A stretch of 64,000 bases of DNA, from NCBI GenBank assembly GCA_024276825.1, contig JAJRWI010000069.1, positions 32,001 through 96,000 of the forward strand. Reading direction: 5' to 3'. The notes below the pieces were generated by a model. It was not told the DNA's origin and did not search any database. It was given only the letters and a program-made list of their open reading frames with translations. This document shows positions 36,213-46,452 of this stretch, piece by piece. This DNA comes from an archaeon. GTDB lineage: Archaea; Asgardarchaeota; Thorarchaeia; Thorarchaeales; Thorarchaeaceae. Every line of letters begins with the position of its first letter. Position 1 is the first letter of the stretch. Position numbers and translations under genes: made by a program.

Positions 36213-36968
36213 GTGGCATGCATGTGCATTGAAATAATTCCCATTAAAGGCATTCCAAGAATCAGTGAGAAAGTAGATTTTGCAGATATATTGATACAGG
36301 CCATAACTAATGAGGGCCCAAAAGTGCAAGAGGAGGACATTTTCGTAATAGCCCAGATAGTGGTTTCTAAATCAGAAGGAAGAATAGTTCACACAAGTAA
36401 TGTAGAAGCATCGCCAAGAGCTGAAAAGATAGCAGAAATGAACGGGTTTGATCCTGTTCAAGTAGAGCTAGCGATAAGAGAGAGCGTTGATATCATTCAA
36501 GATCAGGATGTGCTTATTACAGAAACTCACCAGGGCATTGTGTGTAATTTTAGTGGGGTTGATAGATCAAATGCTCCTGAGGACTCGTATGTTCTTCTGC
36601 CAGAGGACCCTGACAAGAGTGCCCAACAGATTAGAGAAAAGCTTCAAACCCATTTTGGATGCAGACTGGCAGTAATAATCAGTGATACTCAGGGGAGACC
36701 ATGGAGAAGAGGTTCAATCAACGTTGCAATTGGTTGCTCAGGAATAAATGCATTCAAGAAGAACAGAGGAATGCAGGACATCTATGGATATACTCTCAAG
36801 AGATCAGATGTCTGTCATGTGGATGAGATTGCCTCAGCAGTTGAACCTTTAATGGGACAAGCAGATGAGGCAACCCCTGTAGTAATTGTAAGAGGGTACA
36901 AGTTTGATATTGGGCCTGAAACAGCCAACTCAATTCCAAGGTCACGAAACAGGGACCTATTCCGATAA
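36213..36968 (+). CDS. cofE: Coenzyme F420-0:L-glutamate ligase
   Basis: VSKSEGR, NFSGVDRSN, LLPEDPD, DTQGRPWRRG, DEIASA, RDLFR. Confidence 0.93.
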   Translation: MACMCIEIIPIKGIPRISEKVDFADILIQAITNEGPKVQEEDIFVIAQIVVSKSEGRIVHTSNVEASPRAEKIAEMNGFDPVQVELAIRESVDIIQDQDVLITETHQGIVCNFSGVDRSNAPEDSYVLLPEDPDKSAQQIREKLQTHFGCRLAVIISDTQGRPWRRGSINVAIGCSGINAFKKNRGMQDIYGYTLKRSDVCHVDEIASAVEPLMGQADEATPVVIVRGYKFDIGPETANSIPRSRNRDLFR

Positions 36969-36970
36969 TG

Positions 36971-37004
36971 AAAAAAAAGGAAGCCTCTGGATTACTCCAG
37001 AGGC
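36971..37004 (-). terminator. Hairpin plus T-tract terminator of the MFS gene (between convergent genes)
   Basis: Perfect 9-bp stem GCCTCTGGA/TCCAGAGGC (36983-37004) followed by T8 on the minus strand. Confidence 0.7.
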
Positions 37005-37006
37005 AA

Positions 37007-38452
37007 TTATGCTGAAATAGAGAGAGAGGTTATCTGCTCGTTATCTCTTTGAACAGGCAAGCCTAGGCCCTTCTTTAGTTGCATCACGCCAACTGCAGCA
37101 ATAGCACTCACCATTAGTAGTGTCAGCGGGAATCCAAGGGCCGGTAATGCCCAGCCAAAGAATGCAATCTGGGGCAATGCTAGAATTGTACCGATTGTTG
37201 GAGTCAGACTGTACATTGAATTTCTGATCTTATTGGGAATGGCATCCAGAAGTATCCGCTGAGTGAGAATCTCTGCAAATCCCCCAAAGAAGCTGGTTGA
37301 TGAGAAGACTATGGTCATAAGAATGACTGGAATTACAGACTCGTCAGGAATCGACATTATCACAAAATCGGTTCCAGGAAATATCAAGTGAACCATATTG
37401 TCAACATTGGATGGTGGAGGAAATAGGAACATGATCATCGCGATTGCCAGGAAGAAGAGAACTCCACCCAGCTGAAGGGCTCTGAATCGGGGAATCCAAG
37501 TCCTTGGGTCAAAGCGTTTTGACCAAATTCCCGAGCGTTCCTGGGCCACCACTCCTGGAATGAACAGGATTGTTCGATAGCTTGAAACAGCAATATCGGT
37601 GACTAAATAGCTGAAGTACATTGGGAAGAGTATCAAGTTTCCCCAGACAGTAATAGTGCTCATGATAAAACAGCTACCAAGAACAATATGAAAGACATAC
37701 TTATCGTTATAGAGAAACGACAGCCCACCCACAAGGATGTTCTTGTATTCGCTCATTGATGGGCGTTCTGGTCTTTCATCTTCCACCTCTTTGAAGTCCC
37801 TAATGAAGAACAAGGCACTTATTGCTATAATTAGGCATAGCACGGCTTGCAATTGAAACACGAAGGGTCGCCCCATAATTGTCGCGATCACTGCTCCGGG
37901 AACAATTGTCAGGGTTGCAACAATTTGAAAGAGCATTCCTATCCGTCCCCAAAACATTCCATACTGCTTTCTATCATGATCCTCCTCGCCTATTGCCACA
38001 CGAAAGTTGTTATCAAACCAGGCCTGAAAGCTTCCAGACATCTGTGAAGAGCCAAGTCCGATTAAGACATAAATTAGGACTAATAGAAGGAAATGAGTGC
38101 TTGTGGTGACTAGAGAAAGTAAGAGGAATGCTATACCAAACGACAGGAAGGCACAGCATATGATATATCTCTGTCCAATCCAATCACCAATGGCACCAGT
38201 AGGATAATCAAGTGCGATTTGTACTGTCATCTGCACAACTAGGAGAATGCCTACTAGGCTCATTCCGCTAATGAAGTCCCCAGCACCTAATGCTTCTGCA
38301 ACAAATATCACTGTAAATGTCGAGGAGAGTGTAATAGCCACAGATACTACTGGAAGAAATATTGACAAGGTCCTAGCAAGTCGCATTATTCTTCTATTAT
38401 TCTCATCGAGTCCAAATAGGGTTGATGTCTTACTCAAGATCATTTCCTCCAA
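37007..38452 (-). CDS. MFS transporter
   Basis: ~12 TMs; motif A-like DYPTGAIGDWIGQR. Confidence 0.85.
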   Translation of the reverse strand: MEEMILSKTSTLFGLDENNRRIMRLARTLSIFLPVVSVAITLSSTFTVIFVAEALGAGDFISGMSLVGILLVVQMTVQIALDYPTGAIGDWIGQRYIICCAFLSFGIAFLLLSLVTTSTHFLLLVLIYVLIGLGSSQMSGSFQAWFDNNFRVAIGEEDHDRKQYGMFWGRIGMLFQIVATLTIVPGAVIATIMGRPFVFQLQAVLCLIIAISALFFIRDFKEVEDERPERPSMSEYKNILVGGLSFLYNDKYVFHIVLGSCFIMSTITVWGNLILFPMYFSYLVTDIAVSSYRTILFIPGVVAQERSGIWSKRFDPRTWIPRFRALQLGGVLFFLAIAMIMFLFPPPSNVDNMVHLIFPGTDFVIMSIPDESVIPVILMTIVFSSTSFFGGFAEILTQRILLDAIPNKIRNSMYSLTPTIGTILALPQIAFFGWALPALGFPLTLLMVSAIAAVGVMQLKKGLGLPVQRDNEQITSLSISA

Positions 38453-38533
38453 TTATTGATTGACTGATTACTCCTCTTTCCCATAGTGGGATAAAGTGGC
38501 CAATCTACTGGACACTCGATGACCAGTAGACTA

Positions 38534-38568
38534 AACAAAAAAGAGGGGTGCCGCAAGGCACTCACCTC
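38534..38568 (-). terminator. Hairpin plus T-tract inside the MFS leader (candidate attenuator)
   Basis: Minus strand reads GAGGTGAGTGCC-TTGC-GGCACCCCTC-TTTTTTGTTT. Confidence 0.55.
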
Positions 38569-38666
38569 GTAAAGACCGCTCGGTGAACATAGTTCAATTG
38601 AGCGATCATTGTTTCAGATATCACACGATTGTTCCTTCTCTTTCGACGATTTCTTATCCAACTCAT
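38562..38666 (-). CDS. Putative Arg-rich leader peptide (34 aa)
   Basis: Hand translation MSWIRNRRKRRNNRVISETMIAQLNYVHRAVFTR*; TTATATA ~33 nt upstream; stop codon lies in the terminator stem. Confidence 0.4.
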   Translation of the reverse strand: MSWIRNRRKRRNNRVISETMIAQLNYVHRAVFTR

Positions 38667-38858
38667 GGTAATTCACGAGAAATAGGACGAAGAGTTAGTA
38701 TATAATGCAAAGCCACAATTTAGAGTCACAGAGAGAAGATACAACAAGGAGTCACAATTTGTTACTAGTGAAGACATCAACAGTCATGACAGTCAAACAT
38801 ATTACTGCCCGAAAGTGTTCTAAAATTGCATTTCACACAGTATTGTGAGGCGATATTG

Positions 38859-39740
38859 ATGGAGATAAAGAAGATCGCAGTTCTTGGTGCAGGCCAGATG
38901 GGGAACGGCATTGCTCATGTCTGTGCACAAGCAGGTTATGAAGTCAAGATGAGAGATATCGAGCAGCAGTTCCTAGACAAGGGCATGGCCACAATAAAGA
39001 AGAATCTTGAGAGAGGTCTCAAGAAGGGAAAGATCACTCAGAATGAGATTGATGCAATCCTTGGTAGGATCACACCAGTGCTTGAGCTTGAGGAAGCAGT
39101 CAAAGATGCAGACCTTGTAATAGAGGCGATCCCAGAGATTGTTAAGTTAAAGCTCACCACTTGGACAGAAGTTGATAGATTGACCCCAGCTCATGCCATA
39201 CTTGCATCAAACACCTCCAGCATTAGCATAACACAAATGGCAGCAGTGACCCAAAGACCTGAGAGATTCATCGGTATGCACTTTTTCAACCCTGTCCCAG
39301 TGATGGGCCTTGTAGAGATTATAAAGGGACAGGCAACTGCCGATGAAACTGTCGAAATGATCAGGGAGGTCTCACAGAAATTGGGCAAGGAAACTGTTCT
39401 AGTGAATGAAGCACCAGGCTTTGCAGTTAATAGGTTGCTTGTTCCCGCAATCAATGAGGCAATATTTGCAATTCAGGAGGGCGTTGCCACCGTTGAAGAC
39501 ATGGATAAGGCAATAAAGCTTGGACTTAATTGGCCCATGGGACCACTGACACTTGCTGACTTTGTTGGGCTTGACACTCTCCTCTACATTAGTGACTACT
39601 TCGTTGATGAGTTCAAGGACAGCAAGTATCGAGCACCCGCATTGCTTAGAAAGATGGTCAGAGCAGGATGGGTTGGCCGCAAGGCTGGCAAGGGCTTTTA
39701 TGATTATAGTGGAAACACACCGAAGCCACTCAGATTCTAG
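38859..39740 (+). CDS. hbd: 3-hydroxybutyryl-CoA (3-hydroxyacyl-CoA) dehydrogenase
   Basis: GAGQMGNGIA, SNTSSISIT, GMHFFNP, LGLNWPMGP, GRKAGKGFY; likely start ATG 38859. Confidence 0.93.
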   Translation: MEIKKIAVLGAGQMGNGIAHVCAQAGYEVKMRDIEQQFLDKGMATIKKNLERGLKKGKITQNEIDAILGRITPVLELEEAVKDADLVIEAIPEIVKLKLTTWTEVDRLTPAHAILASNTSSISITQMAAVTQRPERFIGMHFFNPVPVMGLVEIIKGQATADETVEMIREVSQKLGKETVLVNEAPGFAVNRLLVPAINEAIFAIQEGVATVEDMDKAIKLGLNWPMGPLTLADFVGLDTLLYISDYFVDEFKDSKYRAPALLRKMVRAGWVGRKAGKGFYDYSGNTPKPLRF

Positions 39741-39749
39741 GGTTTCAAT

Positions 39750-39787
39750 TGACCGAGCATCTCGCTCAGGTCATCCCCTTCTTTTTT
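39750..39787 (+). terminator. Hairpin plus T-tract after hbd
   Basis: TGACCGAGC-ATCTC-GCTCAGGTCA stem with one bulge, then CCCCTTCTTTTTT. Confidence 0.5.
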
Positions 39788-39831
39788 ATATAGCAATTAA
39801 ATAAATACAGGATGTTGATTCTAATCAGCTG

Positions 39832-40683
39832 GTGGCCTGCATGAAATACATCGAGTCAAAATATGTAGGATATGACGGACTCAGGATGTTCATGGCACAA
39901 TGGATTCCTGACAGTGAACGACCAAGAGCCCTAATAATTGTCATCCATGGACTTGGAAGTCATGGAGGTGATATGCGTGCAATTGGTGAATACTTTGCAG
40001 AGAGAAACTTCGCTGTGTTTGCCCCAGACATGCGAGGATTTGGCCACTATTCAGGATTGAAAGGTCACATCATGAAGTACGAGGAGTTCATAGAGGATTT
40101 ACAAAATATTGTCATGCAGGTAAAAGACCAGTTTCCAAATCGAATAACATATCTTTATGGCTCATCACTGGGTGGTCTGCATATTATATGGTATGTGGTG
40201 ACATATCCAGGCGTGGTTGATGGCATTATCCTCTCATGCCCTGCTGTTGCACAGAGTCTCAAGATTAGCAAGGCGAAATACATAGCGGGGTATATCCTCT
40301 CGTTAATGAATGTCAAGAAATACTATGAAAATGATGTAACTTTGGAAGATGCCTGTCGTGATCCAGAAGTGATTGAACGACAGAAAAGGGACCCGCTACG
40401 CTTTGAGAGAGTGACTCCAAGATTTGGAATTGAATGCCTAAAAGCTGTGAGCAAGGGTTTTCAATTGGGGCCATACATAACATTACCAGTGCTTTATCAA
40501 CAGGCAGGCGATGACAAACTAGTGCCTCCTGCAAGAAGCAAAGAGTTCTACGAAACAATAGCCTCCAAGGACAAGTCATGGATATTATATCCTGGGCTTT
40601 ATCACGCGCTTCACGATGAACCTGAGAGAGAACAGGTATTCAATGACATACAAAACTGGTTGGATAAGAGACTTCCAACATGA
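39832..40683 (+). CDS. Lysophospholipase/monoacylglycerol lipase-like alpha/beta hydrolase
   Basis: HGLGSH, DMRGFG, nucleophile GSSLGG, DKLV, YHALHDEP. Confidence 0.88.
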   Translation: MACMKYIESKYVGYDGLRMFMAQWIPDSERPRALIIVIHGLGSHGGDMRAIGEYFAERNFAVFAPDMRGFGHYSGLKGHIMKYEEFIEDLQNIVMQVKDQFPNRITYLYGSSLGGLHIIWYVVTYPGVVDGIILSCPAVAQSLKISKAKYIAGYILSLMNVKKYYENDVTLEDACRDPEVIERQKRDPLRFERVTPRFGIECLKAVSKGFQLGPYITLPVLYQQAGDDKLVPPARSKEFYETIASKDKSWILYPGLYHALHDEPEREQVFNDIQNWLDKRLPT

Positions 40684-41600
40684 AAATATGTTTTTTAATC
40701 GCCGTGCACATTATTTGGCCGGTAAATTTTATGGAAGAGAGTAATATGAAGATAAAGGAGAGTCATTATCAAGGACATGATGGAACACGAATGCTTGTTA
40801 GAGCATGGGCTCCAGATGAAGAGTCAAAGGCATCAATTGTTGCTATTCATGGACTTGGAGCGCATAGTGGGCTGCTATCAAACCTAGGCGAGTTTTTCAG
40901 TAGTAAAGGATTCACATTTTATGCACCAGATATGCGAGGATTTGGCACATTTCCAGGCCGTAAGGGACATGTTGAGAGTTTTGATGAATATATCGAAGAC
41001 ATGAAATTCTTGATTGATGATATCAAGGACAAATCATCAGGAAAGAGGGTGTTTCTATTTGGACACTCTCTAGGTGGACTTCATGTCATCCGATATGTTT
41101 CTAGTAACCCAGGACAGGTGGATGGCGTAATCCTCATGTGCCCGGGAATATCTGAACGGTTGAAGGTAAGCAATGCAACTAAGAAGCTTGTGGGCTTTCT
41201 CTCAAAATTAAATCTTAAAGTATATTTCAATAATGGACTTGATTTCACTCTTCTTGCTAAGAATCCCGAGATACCTCAAAGATATCAAGAAGATCCACTT
41301 CGGTTTGATAAGGTCACCCCCCGCTTTGCAAGTGAGGGGTTCAAGGCTTCCGCCGAAGGGGCGAGTTTGGCACCAAGCATAAGAGACCCAGTGCTTGTTA
41401 TCCAGACGGGTGAAGACAAGATAATAATTCCCGAAAAAACTAAAGAGTTCTTTGACAATATTAGTTCACTTGATAAGACCTACAAGTTCTATCCAGACTT
41501 GTACCACGAGCCCTTTGAGGATGATGGCGTCGATGAACTGCTAAATGATATTTATGTTTGGATTGAAGAGAGAATTCAACCTACAGAATTATCTGAATAA
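40680..41600 (+). CDS. Lysophospholipase/monoacylglycerol lipase-like hydrolase (tandem paralog)
   Basis: HGLGAH, DMRGFG, GHSLGG, DKII, YHEP; true start probably downstream (MEES/MKIK). Confidence 0.88.
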   Translation: MKICFLIAVHIIWPVNFMEESNMKIKESHYQGHDGTRMLVRAWAPDEESKASIVAIHGLGAHSGLLSNLGEFFSSKGFTFYAPDMRGFGTFPGRKGHVESFDEYIEDMKFLIDDIKDKSSGKRVFLFGHSLGGLHVIRYVSSNPGQVDGVILMCPGISERLKVSNATKKLVGFLSKLNLKVYFNNGLDFTLLAKNPEIPQRYQEDPLRFDKVTPRFASEGFKASAEGASLAPSIRDPVLVIQTGEDKIIIPEKTKEFFDNISSLDKTYKFYPDLYHEPFEDDGVDELLNDIYVWIEERIQPTELSE

Positions 41601-41672
41601 AGAGCTGGCAATATACTATTTAGAAATCATTAAGTTTGAGTTGAACAGCCATCTTGAGCGAGGTGGTCAGAG

Positions 41673-42368
41673 TTGTCAGAAGAACAGCCAAAAGATGTAG
41701 ATACTGATGAGCAGGACTTGAACCATCAGACTGATGAGAGAGCTGAAAAGACAGAGGGTAAAGAGAGGAAAAAATACAGCTTCAATTGTTTGGAAAAAGA
41801 ATGCGATAATAGAGTATGTTGCACAAGGCCGATTATTAACGTGACTTTTGATGATATTTCTAGATGGACAACTCAGAAGGTCTTGCCTCACATCTTTCAT
41901 GCATTAACTTTTCATGTTCCTGAGAAAGATGGAGATCAGTTGAGAATCGAGATGGCAAAGCAACCATTGAAGAAAGACTCCGAAAAGTCCGCATGCATAT
42001 TGTATAATGAGGAGAATAATGCATGCAGAATAAGATACTCCAGACCCATCTCATGCAGAACATTTCCTCTGCAGTACACTGGAAGCAAATTCATTCTATC
42101 GGACAAGACCTGTCCCGGAATCGGCAAAGGAGAGGTCACAAAAGAGTCTTTGAAAGAGGCACGAAACATTGCAGAACAGGAGTTCAAAGAGAGAATCAAT
42201 ACTCAGACTGCATTGCCTGGGGTCTATTCGGTATTTACTACACACATGCTGACACAGTCGATGAGGGCAATGGAGGGCCTGTCAGAGGAGGACAAGAAAC
42301 GGCTGCAGGAGATCCTATCTAAGGGCAAGGGACAGCATGAGAAGACTGATAAAGAGAGTTCAGAATAA
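41673..42368 (+). CDS. YkgJ/FliB-family cysteine-cluster (Fe-S/Zn) protein
   Basis: C-x3-C-x4-CC...CILY...CRIRYSRPISCRTFP...CPG. Confidence 0.8.
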   Translation: MSEEQPKDVDTDEQDLNHQTDERAEKTEGKERKKYSFNCLEKECDNRVCCTRPIINVTFDDISRWTTQKVLPHIFHALTFHVPEKDGDQLRIEMAKQPLKKDSEKSACILYNEENNACRIRYSRPISCRTFPLQYTGSKFILSDKTCPGIGKGEVTKESLKEARNIAEQEFKERINTQTALPGVYSVFTTHMLTQSMRAMEGLSEEDKKRLQEILSKGKGQHEKTDKESSE

Positions 42369-42375
42369 GAACACT

Positions 42376-43587
42376 CTAGAGCTCGATACGAACAAGGTCC
42401 TTGTCCATGAAAGTGATGAGTTCACAACCATCATCAGTAACGCATACAAGATCTTCAATCCTCACTCCAAACAGACCTTCAAGATATATCCCTGGCTCTA
42501 TACTATGCGTCATTCCAGATCCAAGTTCCATTGGATTGCCTCTGACCAAATATGGAGGCTCATGCACCTCTATCCCTATTCCATGTCCCAATCGATGAGT
42601 GAATTGTTCTGCATATCCAGCCTTCTCTATAACAAGTCGGGCAATGCCATCAGCGCGGCCACATGTTAGGCCTGGTGCGATTGCTTCTATTGCGGTTTCT
42701 TGAGCTCTTAGTACAATTTCATAGACCTCAAGTTGGTCCTCACTAGGATCACCGACAACTCCCACTCGTGTCATATCAGTGTTATAGCCACCGAGGGAGC
42801 AACCACAGTCAAATAAGACAAGGTCACCCTGCTTCAGTGCCCTTTTTCCAGATGAAATATGAGGAAGTGCACTGTTCTCTCCAAATTGAACTGCAGCAAA
42901 TGTTGGTGTTGCTCCCAGTTTTACTATTTCCCGCTGGATGACCTGCATCAGCTCAAGTTCGCTAATACCCACATGGGCCTCTTTGAATGCGATATCAAAC
43001 ACTTTGGCAATAATCTCACCAGCCCTCTTCATAAGCGATACTTCTTCAGGACTCTTACGCAATCGCATTGATTCAATCAGGGGTGTTATTGATGACACCT
43101 TCTTGAATTGGCCAAGTGACCTCTTCAATGACCAGTATATTCCAAGAGGGAGTGTATTATCCAGCATTATCGAGCTCTCACTCTTTTCATCAAACCCAAG
43201 ATGATCCGCAAGTGCCCTGTATGGATCCTCATCCTCTTCCCATGGAATGAAGTCGTCAACCCAAGTTCTACTGGCAAGGTGTGAAATCTCAAAGGCAGGA
43301 GAGAGGATTGAAGGGTTTCCATTCCTAGGGATCACAAGAGCCATCACACGCTCCCTCATCTCAACACTCAGTCCAGTAAGATAGAGAAAAGTAGGTGAGG
43401 GGGTGATAATTGCAAAGTCTATGTTTTTCTCATTAATAAACTGATGGACTGTTTCCATTCGTCGTCTGAACACATTCTCGTCGAGCATAGCCCAGCTCTC
43501 ACAACCGCACTCAATATTGTTCCACTTTTTAATAACAATAGCGGTTGAGAACTTTGTCGTGATAATCACAGTTAATAATACTATCAA
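42376..43587 (-). CDS. pepQ: Xaa-Pro peptidase (M24B)
   Basis: SALPH, DCGC, TDMTR, HRLGHGIGIEVHE, IEPGIY, GVRIED; likely start MLDENV (~43488). Confidence 0.92.
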   Translation of the reverse strand: MIVLLTVIITTKFSTAIVIKKWNNIECGCESWAMLDENVFRRRMETVHQFINEKNIDFAIITPSPTFLYLTGLSVEMRERVMALVIPRNGNPSILSPAFEISHLASRTWVDDFIPWEEDEDPYRALADHLGFDEKSESSIMLDNTLPLGIYWSLKRSLGQFKKVSSITPLIESMRLRKSPEEVSLMKRAGEIIAKVFDIAFKEAHVGISELELMQVIQREIVKLGATPTFAAVQFGENSALPHISSGKRALKQGDLVLFDCGCSLGGYNTDMTRVGVVGDPSEDQLEVYEIVLRAQETAIEAIAPGLTCGRADGIARLVIEKAGYAEQFTHRLGHGIGIEVHEPPYLVRGNPMELGSGMTHSIEPGIYLEGLFGVRIEDLVCVTDDGCELITFMDKDLVRIEL

Positions 43588-44925
43588 ATGTCGCTTATTG
43601 AGGAAAGCTGGACAATGACCATGGACGCCAATGACAACTCTTTTCAGAAACTTCCCAGAAGCGTCTATATTGTTGGTGCATTGTCGAAATTCGCGGAGGG
43701 CTTGTATCGACCATTTTTGCAGACATATATGATAGACATAGGTGCCACATATACCGAGCTTGGTGCATTCAGAAGTGTTGGCAATATTGCTCCGACAATC
43801 TTACAGCCCGCTTGGGGTGCGAAATCCGATCAGATAGGAAGACGACAGCCATTTGTAGCATTTGGAACATTCTCTGGGTTTTTGATGGTGTTCATGTTTC
43901 TGTGGGCACAGACACCCATTCATATGATAGTACTCTATGCGATTCAGTCAGTCCTTCTTAGTATACAGATTCCCACTTGGCAGTCTTTGATTGGTTCTCT
44001 GATGGGGGAAGAAAATCGTAGGGATGAACTGGGAAAGCTCGGAATAGTCACTAGTATAACCTCACTTGTTGCCACTATAATTACAGGGTTTATTGCTACG
44101 GTTGGCTATCTCATAATGCCACCAGTTGATCCAATCCGCGCAGAGTACTACACTCCATTCTATCTCACTGCAGTTATTGGGATTATCGCATCCATCATTT
44201 CATTTGCAATCAATGAGAAGAAGCCCAAGAAGATAAAGAAAAGGGAATTTCCACCACTGAGAAGGATTCTATCGAAACCGGGCGATTTTAGAAAACTCTG
44301 TGGAATAACCATATTCTTCTCTTTTGGTATGTCCATGGCATGGCCATTCTTTGCAGTGATTCAGAGAAGAGTTCTTGAGTTCTCATTACTAGAGATAGCA
44401 ATCGTGTCTGCCTTGATGACCACTATATCTGCAATTTTCTCAATGCCATTTGGCAGATTGAGCGATAAGGTAGGGCGAAAACCCCTTATCATGTTTGGGC
44501 GGTTCTTGTTGTTCATAGTGGCATTGCTTTATGCATTAGCAGTCCCAAGTACTTGGTATTTTGTATATATTGCGAATATTATAGCTGGTATCTCCATCGC
44601 CTCTTCAATGAATGCCATTCAGGCCTACATTTATGATGTTGCTCCTGAAGAAGAGAGAGGATCATATCTTGCTGTGTTCAACACATTCACGGGAATTGTA
44701 TTCTTGTTGGGTTCACTCATTAGTGGCATCATTGGAGATATGCTAGAGCCATTTGTCGGATGGCATCTTGCAGCTGCATTCATGCTACTTGCCAGTTCGG
44801 TCATTAGATTTGTGGGTTCATTCTTCTATTTATTCTTGGATGAGCCCCGAGAGTACAAATCAACTGTAAAGAGAGAACTTGCATCAATCATCAACCGAAG
44901 GCGATTTGGTGCAGATTCAATGTGA
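43588..44925 (+). CDS. MFS transporter
   Basis: WGAKSDQIGRRQP and GRLSDKVGRKP motif A in both halves. Confidence 0.9.
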   Translation: MSLIEESWTMTMDANDNSFQKLPRSVYIVGALSKFAEGLYRPFLQTYMIDIGATYTELGAFRSVGNIAPTILQPAWGAKSDQIGRRQPFVAFGTFSGFLMVFMFLWAQTPIHMIVLYAIQSVLLSIQIPTWQSLIGSLMGEENRRDELGKLGIVTSITSLVATIITGFIATVGYLIMPPVDPIRAEYYTPFYLTAVIGIIASIISFAINEKKPKKIKKREFPPLRRILSKPGDFRKLCGITIFFSFGMSMAWPFFAVIQRRVLEFSLLEIAIVSALMTTISAIFSMPFGRLSDKVGRKPLIMFGRFLLFIVALLYALAVPSTWYFVYIANIIAGISIASSMNAIQAYIYDVAPEEERGSYLAVFNTFTGIVFLLGSLISGIIGDMLEPFVGWHLAAAFMLLASSVIRFVGSFFYLFLDEPREYKSTVKRELASIINRRRFGADSM

Positions 44926-45021
44926 ATGAGAAATTAATTGGCCAGTGATGACTTCGTGCATCCCATAATATTTAACGACCGGAACTATCAGACTTGACAG
45001 CGGATAGTTGAGGACTGCAAT

Positions 45022-45372
45022 TTGAAAAAGACCACAAGCTTCGAAGAAAGCTGGAAAATTGAGATGCGTCGAGGCATCCTTCAATATGCGGTTCTTGCTA
45101 TTGTTAAAAAGCATAAAGAGGGTGTACATGGATATAAAATCGCCAAAGATCTTGAAGAACGAACAAGAGGATTACTGAAAATAAAGGAGGGAACACTTTA
45201 CCCAATACTTCATAGACTACAAAAGGAGAGACTTCTGGATGTTTCTAGAATGGAAAAATCTGAGGCAGGTCCCAAGAGAAAGGTCTATGTCTTGACATCC
45301 AAGGGAGACCGAGTTCTTAGAGCCCTTGCTGCAATCCTTCGCGAATACTTGACTAGATTGGAGGAATTATAA
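45022..45372 (+). CDS. PadR-family transcriptional regulator
   Basis: HGYKI, EGTLYPILHRL, GPKRKVYVLTSKG. Confidence 0.9.
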   Translation: MKKTTSFEESWKIEMRRGILQYAVLAIVKKHKEGVHGYKIAKDLEERTRGLLKIKEGTLYPILHRLQKERLLDVSRMEKSEAGPKRKVYVLTSKGDRVLRALAAILREYLTRLEEL

Positions 45373-45373
45373 A

Positions 45374-45850
45374 GTGATTGACTCAGAAATTGAAGAAGTG
45401 ATTGAGAGTTATCTAAAGAGCCTCAAAAGCAAACTGCCTGACAGCTTTGAGGCAGAAGACCTCATTGAGGATTTGAGAGCACATATAATCGAGTCATTCA
45501 ATGATAAGAGGGAACAATTCCCTCAATATACCGACTCACAGATAATGCAGAGGGTCCTTGATGAACTCGGTGAGCCTGAAGACATTGCTCAGGAATATGG
45601 AATTGAACTGGGTGAAGAAGAGCCACTCGAGATGCGAAGGAGTAAGGGAATCCGAGTGCTGGCACGATTGTTCATTGCAATTATTGTCACTGTGATCTGT
45701 TCATGGATCGTGTCTGTAATGACTGAAGGTAGGGTGGATTTCTGGCTGTCATTAGTGGTTCTGATGGTATTTGCAATAGCTGAATGGTTTGTGAGGGCAT
45801 GGCAGGCAGGGGAGAGTTCACCATTTGATATTCTCAGAAGCAAGGATTAA
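45374..45850 (+). CDS. HAAS/DUF1700-like membrane protein (PadR partner)
   Basis: YLKSL...DLRAHI...ELGEPEDIA plus two C-terminal TMs; directly follows padR. Confidence 0.75.
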   Translation: MIDSEIEEVIESYLKSLKSKLPDSFEAEDLIEDLRAHIIESFNDKREQFPQYTDSQIMQRVLDELGEPEDIAQEYGIELGEEEPLEMRRSKGIRVLARLFIAIIVTVICSWIVSVMTEGRVDFWLSLVVLMVFAIAEWFVRAWQAGESSPFDILRSKD

Positions 45851-45861
45851 TCATATATTGG

Positions 45862-46452
45862 ATGAGCATCAGAGGAATATCTATGAAAATCAGCACAGTG
45901 TATTTTGAAGAAGCATCATCTGAGCATACCGATAGAGTGATTCAATGCGTGAGTGATTTTCTAAAGAACAACCCGCAGGTCAGAAAGATAGTTGTAGCAA
46001 CAACAGGAGGAGAAACGGGTCTCAAAGTGGCCAAGGCATTTTCGGACAGAGAAGTCATTGTTGTAACTCATCAGATTGGTTTCATGGCTCCAGATTATGA
46101 TGAACTTAGTCCCGAAAAGAGAGAAGAGATCATAAGCGCAGGCGGAAAAGTACTCACAGCTACTCATGCATTTGCTGGAGTCGGAAGGAGCATGAGAAAG
46201 ATGTTTGATACATGGACTGTGCCTGAGATATTTTCAATTGCCTATCGTACATTCGGGCAGGGTACCAAAGTGTGTGCAGAGATTGCTCTTATGGCCGCTG
46301 ATTCAGGTCTTGTTTCAGTCAATGAAGAGGTAGTTTGCATCGGTGGAACTGGAAGGGGAGCAGACACTGCTTGGCTGGTAAGACCAGCACATACTAGTAG
46401 TTTTCCAGAGTTGCGAATGAAGGGTTGCATATGCAAACCACTCGAGTTCTAA
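45862..46452 (+). CDS. Pyruvate-kinase C-terminal-like conserved archaeal protein (MTH1675/DUF1867-like)
   Basis: IVVATTGGETG, VVTH, THAF, FGQGTKVCAEIALMAADSG, GGTGRGADTA. Confidence 0.8.
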   Translation: MSIRGISMKISTVYFEEASSEHTDRVIQCVSDFLKNNPQVRKIVVATTGGETGLKVAKAFSDREVIVVTHQIGFMAPDYDELSPEKREEIISAGGKVLTATHAFAGVGRSMRKMFDTWTVPEIFSIAYRTFGQGTKVCAEIALMAADSGLVSVNEEVVCIGGTGRGADTAWLVRPAHTSSFPELRMKGCICKPLEF

